A stretch of 20,000 nt of DNA, taken from positions 44,603-64,602 of IMG/VR virus record IMGVR_UViG_2880350357_000003, one strand, 5' to 3'. A model generated the notes under the pieces. The model was given only the letters and a program-made list of their open reading frames with translations, did no database searches and was not told the DNA's origin. Below, piece after piece: positions 1 through 8,824 of this stretch. The DNA comes from an uncultured virus (IMG/VR IMGVR_UViG_2880350357_000003). Taxonomy: Duplodnaviria; Heunggongvirae; Uroviricota; Caudoviricetes. The position numbers and the translations under genes were made by a program. Positions within the stretch are counted from its first letter, which is position 1; the number at the start of each line of letters is the position of its first letter.

Positions 1-269
1 TCATGCGTCAGGCCACCGCCATCATAATTTGCTGTCACCATATTGCGGCGGGCATACAGCACGCCACCGTGCTGCGCGTTCAGGTTTACCAGTTGCGCCA
101 GCGCCAGCCGGTCAATCGGGAGCGTCCAGTGTTCCGCCTCATTGTCATACCAGACGTCTGTATAGTTCGTGCCGGTTGTCAGAATGGGTTCTGGCTTACC
201 CAGCGTGATAAGGCTCATATGGCGCTGTCTGGTAACGGTGCGGCGTTCCCTGTATTTCCGTTTTTTCAT
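1..269 (-). CDS. Q: Portal protein, N-terminal 89 codons (truncated by window edge; not in ORF track)
   Basis: ATG at 269 overlaps the terminase stop (ATGA). Manual translation MKKRKYRERRTVTRQRHMSLITLGKPEPILTTGTNYTDVWYDNEAEHWTLPIDRLALAQLVNLNAQHGGVLYARRNMV... resembles PBSX/P2 gpQ portals. Position downstream of terminase matches P2. Confidence 0.9.
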   Translation of the reverse strand, partial: MKKRKYRERRTVTRQRHMSLITLGKPEPILTTGTNYTDVWYDNEAEHWTLPIDRLALAQLVNLNAQHGGVLYARRNMVTANYDGGGLTH

Positions 270-2050
270 GCTGCTTTCCCTAAGTTGCCCCAGCGTGATT
301 TTCGCTGGTTTTCAAAGTTTAATGGTTCGTTGTCAATGGCATGGGCGATAGCCCAGAAGCTGTCAGCGTGGCCGGTTTCAGTTGTACGGTCGGCAACAAA
401 CGTCATGGCGTTACCGCTGGCCGTGGATGTTCTGCGGATGGTCATAAAGCTGGCGGCGATTTCCGTCTTCTCCTTATCCCATTCCACGCGGTTGTCTTCG
501 ATAACGTCAATCATCTTCATCACCAGGCGGTTTTTCGTTTCCACGCCGTAGCGGATAGCCACCGCCTGACGCATGGCAAAATGCTGCACATCCTCAAAGA
601 CACCACTCCCCAGACCGGTAATATCAATGCCGATGTAGGTCATGTTGTACTGACCAGACAGCTTCTTAATTTGTGCCGCCTGCCATTTCCAGTTCATTCC
701 CTGCCAGTGGAATACGCGCAGCACGCGAAATTTTTCGCCAGCCACGATCGGCGGCGCGATAATCACGAAGGTGGATGTGTCCCCGCTGCGTGCAGGGTCA
801 TAGCCTGCCCACACTTCACGATTGCCGAATGGTCGTGGCAGGTTTTCGTCATGATCCTCCCAGATATCCGGATCAACACAGCAACGTTCGACGTGGGAGA
901 ACGAAAATACGCTGTCCTTGCTGTCCACGAACACGCACATGTACAGCATGTTGAAGGTGTCGCGGTTGTAGCGGTTGCGCAGCTTATCGATGCTGGCCAG
1001 GTTAAACCCGCCTGCGATCGCGTCTTCCAGCGTGATGATGTAGCGCCACTGGCCATCAGGACATAACCGCCCGCCGTCACGCAGCTCCTTCTCTGTTGGG
1101 AACGCCACGCGTGCGCGTTTTTTGTCGCCGCGCTTCCACTCTTCGCCTGTCCAGAACGGGTACGCCTGGTGTGTTTTGCTGCTGGGTGTGGAAAAGTAAG
1201 TGGTGCGCCATTTGTCGTGTGTGGCCATTGCGCTGGCCACTTCGTTTAATTTTGCAAAGTTGGGTACCCAGAAATATTCATCACAGTACAGATGGCCACT
1301 GTATGACTGGGCGGTGTTCTTGTTGGTTGACAGGAAGCGCAGCTCCGCGCCGTTGGACAAACGGATGGTGTTGCCGGTCAGCTCCACGCCGAAATACTGC
1401 TCCGCAATGTTGACGATATAGCTGCGGAATACTTCAGCCTGGGCTTTTGAGGCGGACAGGAAGATTTGTGGATCACCTGTCATAACCGCATTCTCAAACG
1501 CTTCTATTGAGAAATACCAGGTTGCGCCAATCTGGCGGCTTTTCAGGATGTTCCTGATTTGCTGATGAAGATTGTCGCGAAGGTGTTTCTGGTAGCCGAA
1601 AAGGTGCTCCAGCGCGAAACGGTCAAAATCCTCCTGGGTTAGATGGCTGATATCGTTCTTTTTGTATTTGCCGCGTTTCCGGGGCTTTTCGTCGCCACAG
1701 GACTGGCGGGACGCCGGCGCATCACTTTCACTGTGTTTAATTTCTGCCAGCTTTTCCTGATGCTTATTATGCTGTGCACGGAGTTTCACCAGGTGAGACA
1801 CGAGGCTGTCCAGCTCCCGCAGCTCCAGTTCCGATTTCCCTTCACGTAATGTCAGTGACTGAATACGGCGGTTTAATGCGTCTTCTGTTGATTCATGACT
1901 GAGTAATTCCGCCCAGCAATATTTCTCCGCCCAGTAATAGACGATACGTCTGTTAGGCAGATTAAGTTCACCGGCAATTTCCTGCGGAGTATATCGTTTT
2001 AAATAGAGTGCCCGTGCAACGCCTTTTAATTCTTCACTGTATTTCGCCAT
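266..2050 (-). CDS. P: Terminase ATPase (large) subunit, P2 gpP-like
   Basis: 594 aa. N-terminal HTH-like segment, Walker A-like KSRQIGAT, Walker B LYCDE, STPS motif, C-terminal nuclease motifs GYDPAR and HADSFWA. Confidence 0.96.
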   Translation of the reverse strand: MAKYSEELKGVARALYLKRYTPQEIAGELNLPNRRIVYYWAEKYCWAELLSHESTEDALNRRIQSLTLREGKSELELRELDSLVSHLVKLRAQHNKHQEKLAEIKHSESDAPASRQSCGDEKPRKRGKYKKNDISHLTQEDFDRFALEHLFGYQKHLRDNLHQQIRNILKSRQIGATWYFSIEAFENAVMTGDPQIFLSASKAQAEVFRSYIVNIAEQYFGVELTGNTIRLSNGAELRFLSTNKNTAQSYSGHLYCDEYFWVPNFAKLNEVASAMATHDKWRTTYFSTPSSKTHQAYPFWTGEEWKRGDKKRARVAFPTEKELRDGGRLCPDGQWRYIITLEDAIAGGFNLASIDKLRNRYNRDTFNMLYMCVFVDSKDSVFSFSHVERCCVDPDIWEDHDENLPRPFGNREVWAGYDPARSGDTSTFVIIAPPIVAGEKFRVLRVFHWQGMNWKWQAAQIKKLSGQYNMTYIGIDITGLGSGVFEDVQHFAMRQAVAIRYGVETKNRLVMKMIDVIEDNRVEWDKEKTEIAASFMTIRRTSTASGNAMTFVADRTTETGHADSFWAIAHAIDNEPLNFENQRKSRWGNLGKAA

Positions 2051-2260
2051 TGGCTTCCTTGCCTTTATGTCAGTACTGTCTTTTCGGTTAAATCCGGAAG
2101 CAGTGGTATGTATGAATTATTCAGCAATTTGGTTTTCTTTTTTGAAAATAATTTCGTGGATATACGGATAAGCGACATAACCGAATTTCTCCGAAAAAAT
2201 TGGAATGCGTAAGTGCCTTTTATTGTTAATACTGAAATTCGCAGAATGAACGGAGGCAAT
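2051..2260. promoter_or_regulatory. Divergent late-promoter region with central imperfect dyad (2163-2185)
   Basis: AT-rich intergenic region between divergent P and O genes. Dyad TACGGATA-AGCGACA-TAACCGAA. Candidate -10 boxes AATAAT (minus strand, 2116-2121) and AATACT (plus strand, 2228-2233). No clear -35, consistent with activator-dependent late promoters. Confidence 0.6.
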
Positions 2261-3097
2261 ATGTCAGGTTCACAACTGGCAACAAACTGGATTTGTATCG
2301 CCACTGCGGGTGAAACGGTGGATAAGCGAACCATTGAGGAACAATGGTTACTTGATGCCGCAGAATTATATGACCCCAATTTATATACCGCGCTGTTATG
2401 GCCGGAGCATTCCCGTAATTTCGGGAATATGGGGGAGGTGCTGGAATTAAAAGCTGAACGTGATGATGAAGGTATTTTGCGTTTATATGCTCGTTTATGT
2501 CCTGGTATTTCGTTACTTCAGGCGAACGCCAACGGGCAACTTTTATTTTTGTCGCCGGAATTCACACCGGACGGTAATTTCCGGAACACCGGTAAAACCT
2601 ATCTGGAAGGGCTGGCAGTCACTGACAGCCCGGCAGGAGTGAGCACCACACGGCTACGTTTCAGCCGCACCAAAGGAAAACGCATCGGCCCGTATAAGCC
2701 GCTGGCGTTTGATGAAGTCAGGGAATTTAAAAAGGAAAAGGGAATGTCTAAAGCGAAAAAAGGCTGGCGCCATTTTTTCAGTATTGAAGAACCAGAAGCG
2801 ACCGCGGAGCAGGAAACATCACAGCCTGATGCTTTACAGGCGCTCGCTGAAGCGCTGGATGCGATTGATAAGCGTGTATCTGCCATTGAAACCCGTTTGG
2901 GTGAGGCGGAAGAAGCGGTATCTGATGTCCAGGAAGATGTGGACACCGTTAAGGAAGTGGTGGATACCGAAGATTTTGCGCGCCTGGTGGGCAATCTGCC
3001 GGAACTGGTGAAAAACTTCAGCAAGCTGAACAGCAAAGTTACCCAGTTGCCGGATAAAAAATTCAGCAAGGGCAAAAAAGGCTTTAATTTCCTGTAA
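2261..3097 (+). CDS. O: Capsid scaffolding protein / maturation protease, P2 gpO-like
   Basis: Start reassigned to ATG 2261 (GGAGG at 2252-2256). Motifs WICIATAGETVDKR, WPEH, FLSPEF and YLEGLAVTDSPA fit the gpO protease domain. Acidic coiled-coil C-terminal scaffold half. Confidence 0.93.
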   Translation: MSGSQLATNWICIATAGETVDKRTIEEQWLLDAAELYDPNLYTALLWPEHSRNFGNMGEVLELKAERDDEGILRLYARLCPGISLLQANANGQLLFLSPEFTPDGNFRNTGKTYLEGLAVTDSPAGVSTTRLRFSRTKGKRIGPYKPLAFDEVREFKKEKGMSKAKKGWRHFFSIEEPEATAEQETSQPDALQALAEALDAIDKRVSAIETRLGEAEEAVSDVQEDVDTVKEVVDTEDFARLVGNLPELVKNFSKLNSKVTQLPDKKFSKGKKGFNFL

Positions 3098-3131
3098 GGG
3101 ATAACACAACTTTTCTTTAAGGAAAAAGAAT

Positions 3132-4160
3132 ATGCAATTAAATGCGAAAGCCCGTGAGTTTCTGCGCCAGTACCACAATGGTCTGCGTGAATCCTACGGT
3201 GCGACCGATGGCGACCGCTGGTTTGCGCTGTCAGATCCGAAAGAAACCCAGATGCGTAATGCGCTGCTGGAGGAGTCATCTTTCCTGAATCTGTTGACGG
3301 TTGCTGATGTGGATCAGTTACAGGGGCAGGTGGTTCCGGTTGGCAGTTCTGGCCTGTATACCGGGCGTGTGCTGGATGGCCGTTTCCGTAAAAAAGTGGG
3401 CGTCAGCGGGAATGATTACAGGCTGGTCGAAACCGATTCGTGTGCCGCACTGACCTGGCAGTTGCTTTCTGTCTGGGCGAATGCCGGCGATGAAAACGAG
3501 TTTTTCCAGCGTGTCCAGGAGTTCACCAATCAGGCGTTTGCGCTGGATATGCTGCGTATCGGGTTTAATGGTACCAAAGTGGCAGAAACCACAAATGCGG
3601 AAACCAACCCGAACGGCGAGGATGTGAACAAGGGCTGGCATCAAATTGTTAAAGAGTGGAAGGACGGCCAGCAGATCATCACTGATAAGGTTGTGCTGGA
3701 CGGTGACGGTAAAGGTGATTACGTGTCGCTGGATGCGATGGCATCCGATCTTATCAATGCCAAAATTCCGGCACAGTACCGTAATGATCCGCGTCTGGTG
3801 GTTCTGGTAGGTGCTGACCTGGTGGCGGCGGAGTCGTTCCGTCTGTATCAGAAAGCTGATAAACCCACTGAAAAGATTGCGGCACAGCTGCTGTCTGACA
3901 GTATCGCCGGCCGTACGGCTTATGTTCCGCCGTTTATGCCGGGCAAGCGCATGATTGTTACCACACTGCCTAACCTGCATATCTACACCCAGCGCGGTAC
4001 GCGTCAGCGTAAAGCGGAGTTTGTGGAAGATCGCAAGCAGTATGAAAACAAATACCTGCGTAATGAAGGCTATGCCGTGGAATATCCGGAACTGTATGCC
4101 GCATTTGACGAAAGCGCGGTAACGATTGGGGCAACGGCTGCACCGTCAGCAGGCGCATAA
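3132..4160 (+). CDS. N: Major capsid protein, P2 family
   Basis: 342 aa. SD AAGGA. Motifs ALDMLRIGFNG, NPNGEDVNKGW and NEGYAVE are typical of P2 gpN. Directly follows the scaffold. Confidence 0.96.
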   Translation: MQLNAKAREFLRQYHNGLRESYGATDGDRWFALSDPKETQMRNALLEESSFLNLLTVADVDQLQGQVVPVGSSGLYTGRVLDGRFRKKVGVSGNDYRLVETDSCAALTWQLLSVWANAGDENEFFQRVQEFTNQAFALDMLRIGFNGTKVAETTNAETNPNGEDVNKGWHQIVKEWKDGQQIITDKVVLDGDGKGDYVSLDAMASDLINAKIPAQYRNDPRLVVLVGADLVAAESFRLYQKADKPTEKIAAQLLSDSIAGRTAYVPPFMPGKRMIVTTLPNLHIYTQRGTRQRKAEFVEDRKQYENKYLRNEGYAVEYPELYAAFDESAVTIGATAAPSAGA

Positions 4161-4171
4161 CGGGGGAAATA

Positions 4172-4870
4172 ATGCAGTTGTCACCGGCACAGCGACACAG
4201 CGCGCGTATTGCAGCAGAACGGCTGCTGCGTCAGCAACAATCTCTCGACAGTGAAACCAGTCTGCACGTCCAGATTGCGGCACTGGAAAAGGATGTGGCA
4301 GCGGCCGCAGCGATTAGCAACCGTGCGGAGCGCATGGAGTTCAAGCGTGATGTGCTGTTGCCCCGCTGGATGCCGACCGCACAAACCTGGCTGGAAAGTG
4401 ACAGCATGCATCAGAATCCCGTTTTTGCCTGGTGTGTCATCTGGCTGTTTGATACCGGCCAGTTCGATCAGGCGCTGGACTGGGCGGATGTGGCCATCGA
4501 ACGGGGGCAGGAAACCCCGGCCGCGTTCGGCAGTGCGTTCCCGGTGTTTGTGGCCGATACGGTACTGGCCTGGGCGGAGACGGAAGCCGCACAGGGGCAG
4601 GATGTGGAGCCGTATTTCAGCCGCACGCTGGGAAACGTTATGCAGCACTGGAATGTGTATGAGGTCATCAAGGCCAAATATGTGAAATTTGCCGGTCTGC
4701 ACCTGCTACGCGATGAGAACGGAGAGCCACGCGCAGCGGCAACGGAAGACAGGGATGTATTGCTCCGGGCGAAGGATTTGCTGGAGCAGGCGAAGGGATT
4801 CGACCCTAAATGTGGTGTCGGCACGATGTTGCAGCGCATTGCTGCACGTCTGCGGGCGCTGGATAAGTAA
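4172..4870 (+). CDS. M: Terminase endonuclease (small) subunit, P2 gpM-like
   Basis: 232 aa. N-terminal LSPAQRH, internal IWLFDTGQFDQALDWA and C-terminal CGVGT. Follows capsid as in P2 O-N-M-L. Confidence 0.9.
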   Translation: MQLSPAQRHSARIAAERLLRQQQSLDSETSLHVQIAALEKDVAAAAAISNRAERMEFKRDVLLPRWMPTAQTWLESDSMHQNPVFAWCVIWLFDTGQFDQALDWADVAIERGQETPAAFGSAFPVFVADTVLAWAETEAAQGQDVEPYFSRTLGNVMQHWNVYEVIKAKYVKFAGLHLLRDENGEPRAAATEDRDVLLRAKDLLEQAKGFDPKCGVGTMLQRIAARLRALDK

Positions 4871-4888
4871 TCACAGGCTACCGACCCG

Positions 4889-4955
4889 AAAGCGGGCGCG
4901 GTGGAGGGGAGCGCATCAGCGTATCGCCCGTGGAAACCGGCCAGCCCGCTTTTTT
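4889..4955 (+). terminator. Long interrupted stem-loop with U6 tail between M and L (possible attenuator or structured RNA)
   Basis: AAAGCGGGC (4889-4897) pairs with GCCCGCTTT (4944-4952). Inner helices CGGT/ACCG, GGG/CCC and GCGC/GCGT. T6 at 4950-4955. Confidence 0.5.
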
Positions 4956-4968
4956 CCGGAGGAACAGG

Positions 4969-5421
4969 ATGTTCAGCGGAACTGCAATTGATTTTGATGA
5001 TGCCATTCTGACGAATGATGGCTTCTGGCCAGACCTGAGCGTGAAGGATTTTCAGTCCCAGCGTGCTATTCCTGCCGATATCGACGCAGCCACCATCCGT
5101 CAGGCGCTGCTGACCGCAGCCGGTGAAATCAATGATGATCTGGTCAGGGTAGTGGCGGATTGTCGCCTCAGTGGCCATGCAAGCGCGGCGGACGTTCCGG
5201 GCGTTGAGATTGACGGTGAAAATCTGTTGTGCGCCCGTTACCGCAAGGCTGTTTTTGCCCGCGCCAAAGCTGACCTGATGGGCGAATTTGCGTCTGTTGG
5301 GCGCCGTGAAAGCCATCCCGGGCAGGAAAGCGATGAAACCCGCTCCAGTCTGATAGCGGAATCCACGCTGGCGGTACGGCGTATCAAAGGGCTGAAACGC
5401 ATCACGGTGGCCATGATATGA
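4969..5421 (+). CDS. L: Head completion/stabilisation protein, P2 gpL-like
   Basis: Start reassigned to ATG 4969 (GGAGG at 4958-4962). Motifs NDGFWPD and YRKAVFARAKA. Synteny. Confidence 0.9.
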   Translation: MFSGTAIDFDDAILTNDGFWPDLSVKDFQSQRAIPADIDAATIRQALLTAAGEINDDLVRVVADCRLSGHASAADVPGVEIDGENLLCARYRKAVFARAKADLMGEFASVGRRESHPGQESDETRSSLIAESTLAVRRIKGLKRITVAMI

Positions 5422-5900
5422 GCCAGCTTACCGAATTAACGGATTTTCTCATTGCGAACATGCCCAGACGGGCAATGCAGGGATTTGACAGCCAGATGGA
5501 TGAAATCGCATTCATCCCGGCACAGCGTGACACCGGGCTGGGGCAGTATCGCATTGCCATCATTCGTTATAACGCCGTGCTGACGTGGGAGCGTTATCCC
5601 TACCGTGAGTACGATCCCAAAATTCTGATGGCGTTATTTATGTCGTGGCTTTGTCAGGATGAGCGGGCGCTCTTTGAGGAAACCGGCATTGATGCCGAAT
5701 TACCGGAATTTGATATCGAAACCATCGACCAGGAAACCGCCATTATGGTGGTGACGCTGCCAATGGTGGAGGAACTGAATCTGATCCCCGATCCCAAAGG
5801 TCAGATCCCGTTTGATGGCCAGCGCTGGAAGCTGGCAAACCCCGAAGTCTGGACGGCGGATGAGGTGACGGTGATCCCCGTCAATGAGGGGGAGGGATGA
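5418..5900 (+). CDS. Tail completion/terminator protein (P2 gpR-like)
   Basis: 160 aa acidic protein, ATGA-coupled to L. YNAVLTWERYPY motif. Position between head completion and the gpS-like gene. Confidence 0.7.
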   Translation: MSQLTELTDFLIANMPRRAMQGFDSQMDEIAFIPAQRDTGLGQYRIAIIRYNAVLTWERYPYREYDPKILMALFMSWLCQDERALFEETGIDAELPEFDIETIDQETAIMVVTLPMVEELNLIPDPKGQIPFDGQRWKLANPEVWTADEVTVIPVNEGEG

Positions 5901-6601
5901 TAAATGGCGAACTGAACCAGGAACAGTTCCGCCAGCTACAGGAGGCGCTGAAAAAGCTGGATTTGCCTCCTGCCAGACGTCGCCGGCTGTTGTGGCGCAT
6001 GGCGAAATACGGCGTGGAAGCCGCAGCAAAGCGCAATGTGCGCAACCAGCAGTCACCGGAGGGGGATAAGTGGCAGGGGAGACAGACCCGGCGTAAAGGC
6101 AAGATGTTGCGCAATATGCCGAAACTTATCCGCATCCGTGAAATGCCGGAAACGGATTCCGTCAGGTTGTATCTGGCCGGTGGCCATTACCGGAATGCGA
6201 AGGGAAATCTGCCTGCCGGCGTGGTGGGTTATGTCCAGCAGAATGGCATGAGCGTAACCGTCAACCGCAGGCAGGTGGAAGGCCGTGAGCAGGGGGATAA
6301 ACCTGCATCACTGCGACAGGCGAAACGTCTGCGTAAGGCCGGGTATAAAGTCAGGCGCGGCAAGCGCTGGCGTAAGCCCGGTTATAAGGAAATACAGGAA
6401 AAAATGACCGCCAGACAGGCAGGTTTGCTTATCCGGATACTGGAGGATAAACCGGTCAAAACATCCTGGCAGATTGATTTACCTGCCAGGGCGTTTCTGG
6501 GGATAGGTCAGGATGATTTTAACAGAGCGCTGGCACGACAGCTTCAGGCTATCGGGTTCGGCTGGGATGTTAACGCGCAGGATATCAGGGGGAGAGCATG
6601 A
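5897..6601 (+). CDS. Virion morphogenesis / tail completion protein (P2 gpS-like)
   Basis: 234 aa, very basic. NVRNQQSPEGDKW and LPARAFLG motifs fit the gpS/Mu gpG family. Confidence 0.8.
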   Translation: MINGELNQEQFRQLQEALKKLDLPPARRRRLLWRMAKYGVEAAAKRNVRNQQSPEGDKWQGRQTRRKGKMLRNMPKLIRIREMPETDSVRLYLAGGHYRNAKGNLPAGVVGYVQQNGMSVTVNRRQVEGREQGDKPASLRQAKRLRKAGYKVRRGKRWRKPGYKEIQEKMTARQAGLLIRILEDKPVKTSWQIDLPARAFLGIGQDDFNRALARQLQAIGFGWDVNAQDIRGRA

Positions 6602-7725
6602 CCTGGCCAATCGTAACCGTTAACCAGGTAAACCAGTTACTGGGTGAAACCAAAGAGGTGGAACGCACGTTGCTGTTTATCGGTACGGGTACCAAAAATG
6701 TGGGAAAAACTCTGGCTGTTAATGCACAGAGTGACTTTAACGCGCTACTGGGTGAGGGAAACAGTCCGTTAAAAAGTGATGTACTGGCTGCACTGGCGAA
6801 CGCCGGCCAGAACTGGTGGGGATTTGTTCATGTACTGGCCGCAGACAGTGAGCCGGGCGCGTGGGTGGATGCCGTCAAAGCTGCACAGGTTTCCTGCTCG
6901 GTGGAAGGCGTGGTGCTGTCGGATGATGTGGCGGCAAAAGAACAGATTAACCAGGCGGCAACGCTGCGATCTGAACTGATTGCGCAATACGGGCGCTGGG
7001 TGTGGTTCATCCTGGCGGTTCAGGGAATGCAGGAGGATGAAGCCCAGGCGGATTATCTGAAACGTCTGTCCACCCTTCAGCAGGGTATTGCAGAGAAAGC
7101 GGTTCAGCTGGTTCCGCGTCTGTGGGGGAATGAACCGGGCGTGCTGGCCGGTCGCCTGTGTAACCGGGCGGTGACGGTTGCTGACAGTCCGGCGAGGGTG
7201 AAAACCGGGCCGTTACTGAATCTGGGCAGCGATGAACTGCCGGAAGATGGCACCGGGAAAACACTGGAGCTGGCCACCCTTAAAGCGCTGGAAGCGCAGC
7301 GCTACAGCGTGCCGATGTGGTATCCGGATTATGACGGCTTTTACTGGGCTGACGGACGTACGCTGGATGTGGAAGGGGGGGATTATCAGTCCATTGAGAC
7401 GCTACGTATTGTGGACAAGGCCGCCCGTCGTGTCCGTCTGCTGGCTATCGGTAAAATTGCCGATCGTTCGCTGAACAGTACGCCAGGCAGCATCGCGGCA
7501 CACCAGACGCTGTTTGCCCGCCCACTGCGCGAAATGTCCACGGCGGCCAGCATTAACGGTGTGTCATTTCCGGGCGAAGTGAAGCCACCGCAGGACGGTG
7601 ACGTGACCATTGTCTGGAAGAACAAAAAGGCGGTGGATATCTACATTGTGGTGCGTACGTATGAAGTACCACTGCAAATCACCATCAGTCTGTTACTGGA
7701 TGCGAGTCTGGAGGCCAGCGCATGA
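6598..7725 (+). CDS. Tail sheath protein (HP1-type, DUF2586-like)
   Basis: 375 aa. MTWPIVTVNQVNQLLG start, GVLAGRL, YSVPMWYPDYDGFYWADG and RIVDKAARRVR. Directly upstream of the tube gene. Confidence 0.88.
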   Translation: MTWPIVTVNQVNQLLGETKEVERTLLFIGTGTKNVGKTLAVNAQSDFNALLGEGNSPLKSDVLAALANAGQNWWGFVHVLAADSEPGAWVDAVKAAQVSCSVEGVVLSDDVAAKEQINQAATLRSELIAQYGRWVWFILAVQGMQEDEAQADYLKRLSTLQQGIAEKAVQLVPRLWGNEPGVLAGRLCNRAVTVADSPARVKTGPLLNLGSDELPEDGTGKTLELATLKALEAQRYSVPMWYPDYDGFYWADGRTLDVEGGDYQSIETLRIVDKAARRVRLLAIGKIADRSLNSTPGSIAAHQTLFARPLREMSTAASINGVSFPGEVKPPQDGDVTIVWKNKKAVDIYIVVRTYEVPLQITISLLLDASLEASA

Positions 7726-8177
7726 CCAAACGTATTTCAGGGATGTCCTTTGACGTCTACGTGGACGGCGACCTGATCCATATTGAAAAGATTTCGCTGG
7801 ATATCACCGACAACAGCGCCGCAGCTCAGACACGCGGTGTACCTGACGGCTATGTCGACGGCGATGTGGCCGCAGAGGGTGAAATTGAAGTCAGTTCAAA
7901 AGTGCTTCAGGTACTGACGGCCAAAGCCCGTTCAGCCGGTTCATGGCGGGGCATTCCCCCTGTGGACTTCCTTTTTTACGCCAAAGCCGGCAGCGAAGAA
8001 ATGAAGGTGGAAACCTTCGGTAATAAGCTCCAGCTCAATAGTGTACTGGATGTTGATCCGAAGGGCAGCAGCGTGTCCACGCATAAAATTAAATACTTCG
8101 TGACCAGTCCGAAGTTCGTCAACATCAACGGCGTTCCGTATCTGGAAGCGGAGGCCACGGAAAACCTGGTTGGATAA
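7722..8177 (+). CDS. Tail tube protein (HP1-type, DUF2597-like)
   Basis: 151 aa. RISGMSFD, TRGVPDGYVDGDVAAEGE and VTSPKFVNINGVPYL. Follows the sheath. Confidence 0.88.
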   Translation: MTKRISGMSFDVYVDGDLIHIEKISLDITDNSAAAQTRGVPDGYVDGDVAAEGEIEVSSKVLQVLTAKARSAGSWRGIPPVDFLFYAKAGSEEMKVETFGNKLQLNSVLDVDPKGSSVSTHKIKYFVTSPKFVNINGVPYLEAEATENLVG

Positions 8178-8189
8178 GGGGCAGCAGGG

Positions 8190-8486
8190 ATGCAGGACTA
8201 TGAAAAGGGATTTATTGCCCTTGTGGTTATGGGGGGGCTGATTGCACTGGGGAAACTACTTAACAGTGACGAGCCGATTACCCTTCGTCTGGTGGCCGGC
8301 CGTGTCATTGTCGGAGCCGGGTTATCTGTTATTGCCGGCGTTGCTCTTTACTTTGTACCAAATATTCATCCGCTGGCATTGCTGGGATTTGGTTCTGGTC
8401 TGGGGATTCTGGGACAAAACGTGGTGGAAGCATGGTTACGTAAACGTGGATTTGCCGGAATTTTGGGCAAGGGGGTGACAAAGTGA
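8190..8486 (+). CDS. Holin, P2 gpY-like
   Basis: 98 aa with three hydrophobic segments and a basic C-terminus. EPITLRLVAGRVIVG resembles P2 gpY. Immediately upstream of the endolysin. Confidence 0.88.
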   Translation: MQDYEKGFIALVVMGGLIALGKLLNSDEPITLRLVAGRVIVGAGLSVIAGVALYFVPNIHPLALLGFGSGLGILGQNVVEAWLRKRGFAGILGKGVTK

Positions 8487-8824
8487 CACTGAGTGAAAAA
8501 CAGCAGTTGTTTACCATTATGGTGGCAAATCTGATCCACTGGGCAGAAGAACACGGCTACCGGCTGACGTTCGGGGAGGCTTACCGCACGCCGGAACAGG
8601 CGGCGCTGAACGCTAAAAAGGGTAGCGGTATTACCAACAGTCTGCATACCCGGCGTCTGGCGGTGGATTTTAACCTGTTTATTAACGGCCAGTACCAGAC
8701 CCGCACAGAGGATTACCTGCCGCTGGGCGAATACTGGGAGTCACTGGGCGGCAGCTGGGGCGGGCGCTTCAAATCCAGGCCGGACGGCAATCATTTCAGT
8801 CTGGAACATGACGGGGTTCGCTGA
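8483..8824 (+). CDS. Endolysin, M15-family Zn peptidase (L-Ala-D-Glu peptidase type)
   Basis: 113 aa, GTG start overlapping the holin stop. EAYRTPEQ, SLH-x6-D (SLHTRRLAVD), WGGRF and DGNHFS give the His/Asp/His Zn ligands of M15 peptidases. Confidence 0.9.
   Translation: MTLSEKQQLFTIMVANLIHWAEEHGYRLTFGEAYRTPEQAALNAKKGSGITNSLHTRRLAVDFNLFINGQYQTRTEDYLPLGEYWESLGGSWGGRFKSRPDGNHFSLEHDGVR

Noticed and set aside
640..1380. Terminase residues that looked atypical from memory (LTGNT, KKLSG), suggesting prophage decay
   Set aside because: Cannot be verified without an alignment. The ORF and catalytic motifs are intact and no gene in the window is frameshifted or truncated.
3..1849. Plus-strand ORFs (182, 241, 105 aa and others) opposite portal and terminase
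   Set aside because: Antisense shadows of well-supported minus-strand genes, with no recognisable motifs.
2213..2260. Longer ORF-track starts for O (2213), and likewise L (4930), I-like (13209), tfa (15956) and the 16458 ORF
   Set aside because: Downstream ATGs (2261, 4969, 13215, 15992, 16497) have better SD sequences or coupling and give family-typical N-termini.
3108..3129. Possible hairpin over the capsid SD (CTTTTCTTTAAGGAAAAAG)
   Set aside because: Short, AU-only and imperfect. Too weak to claim regulation.
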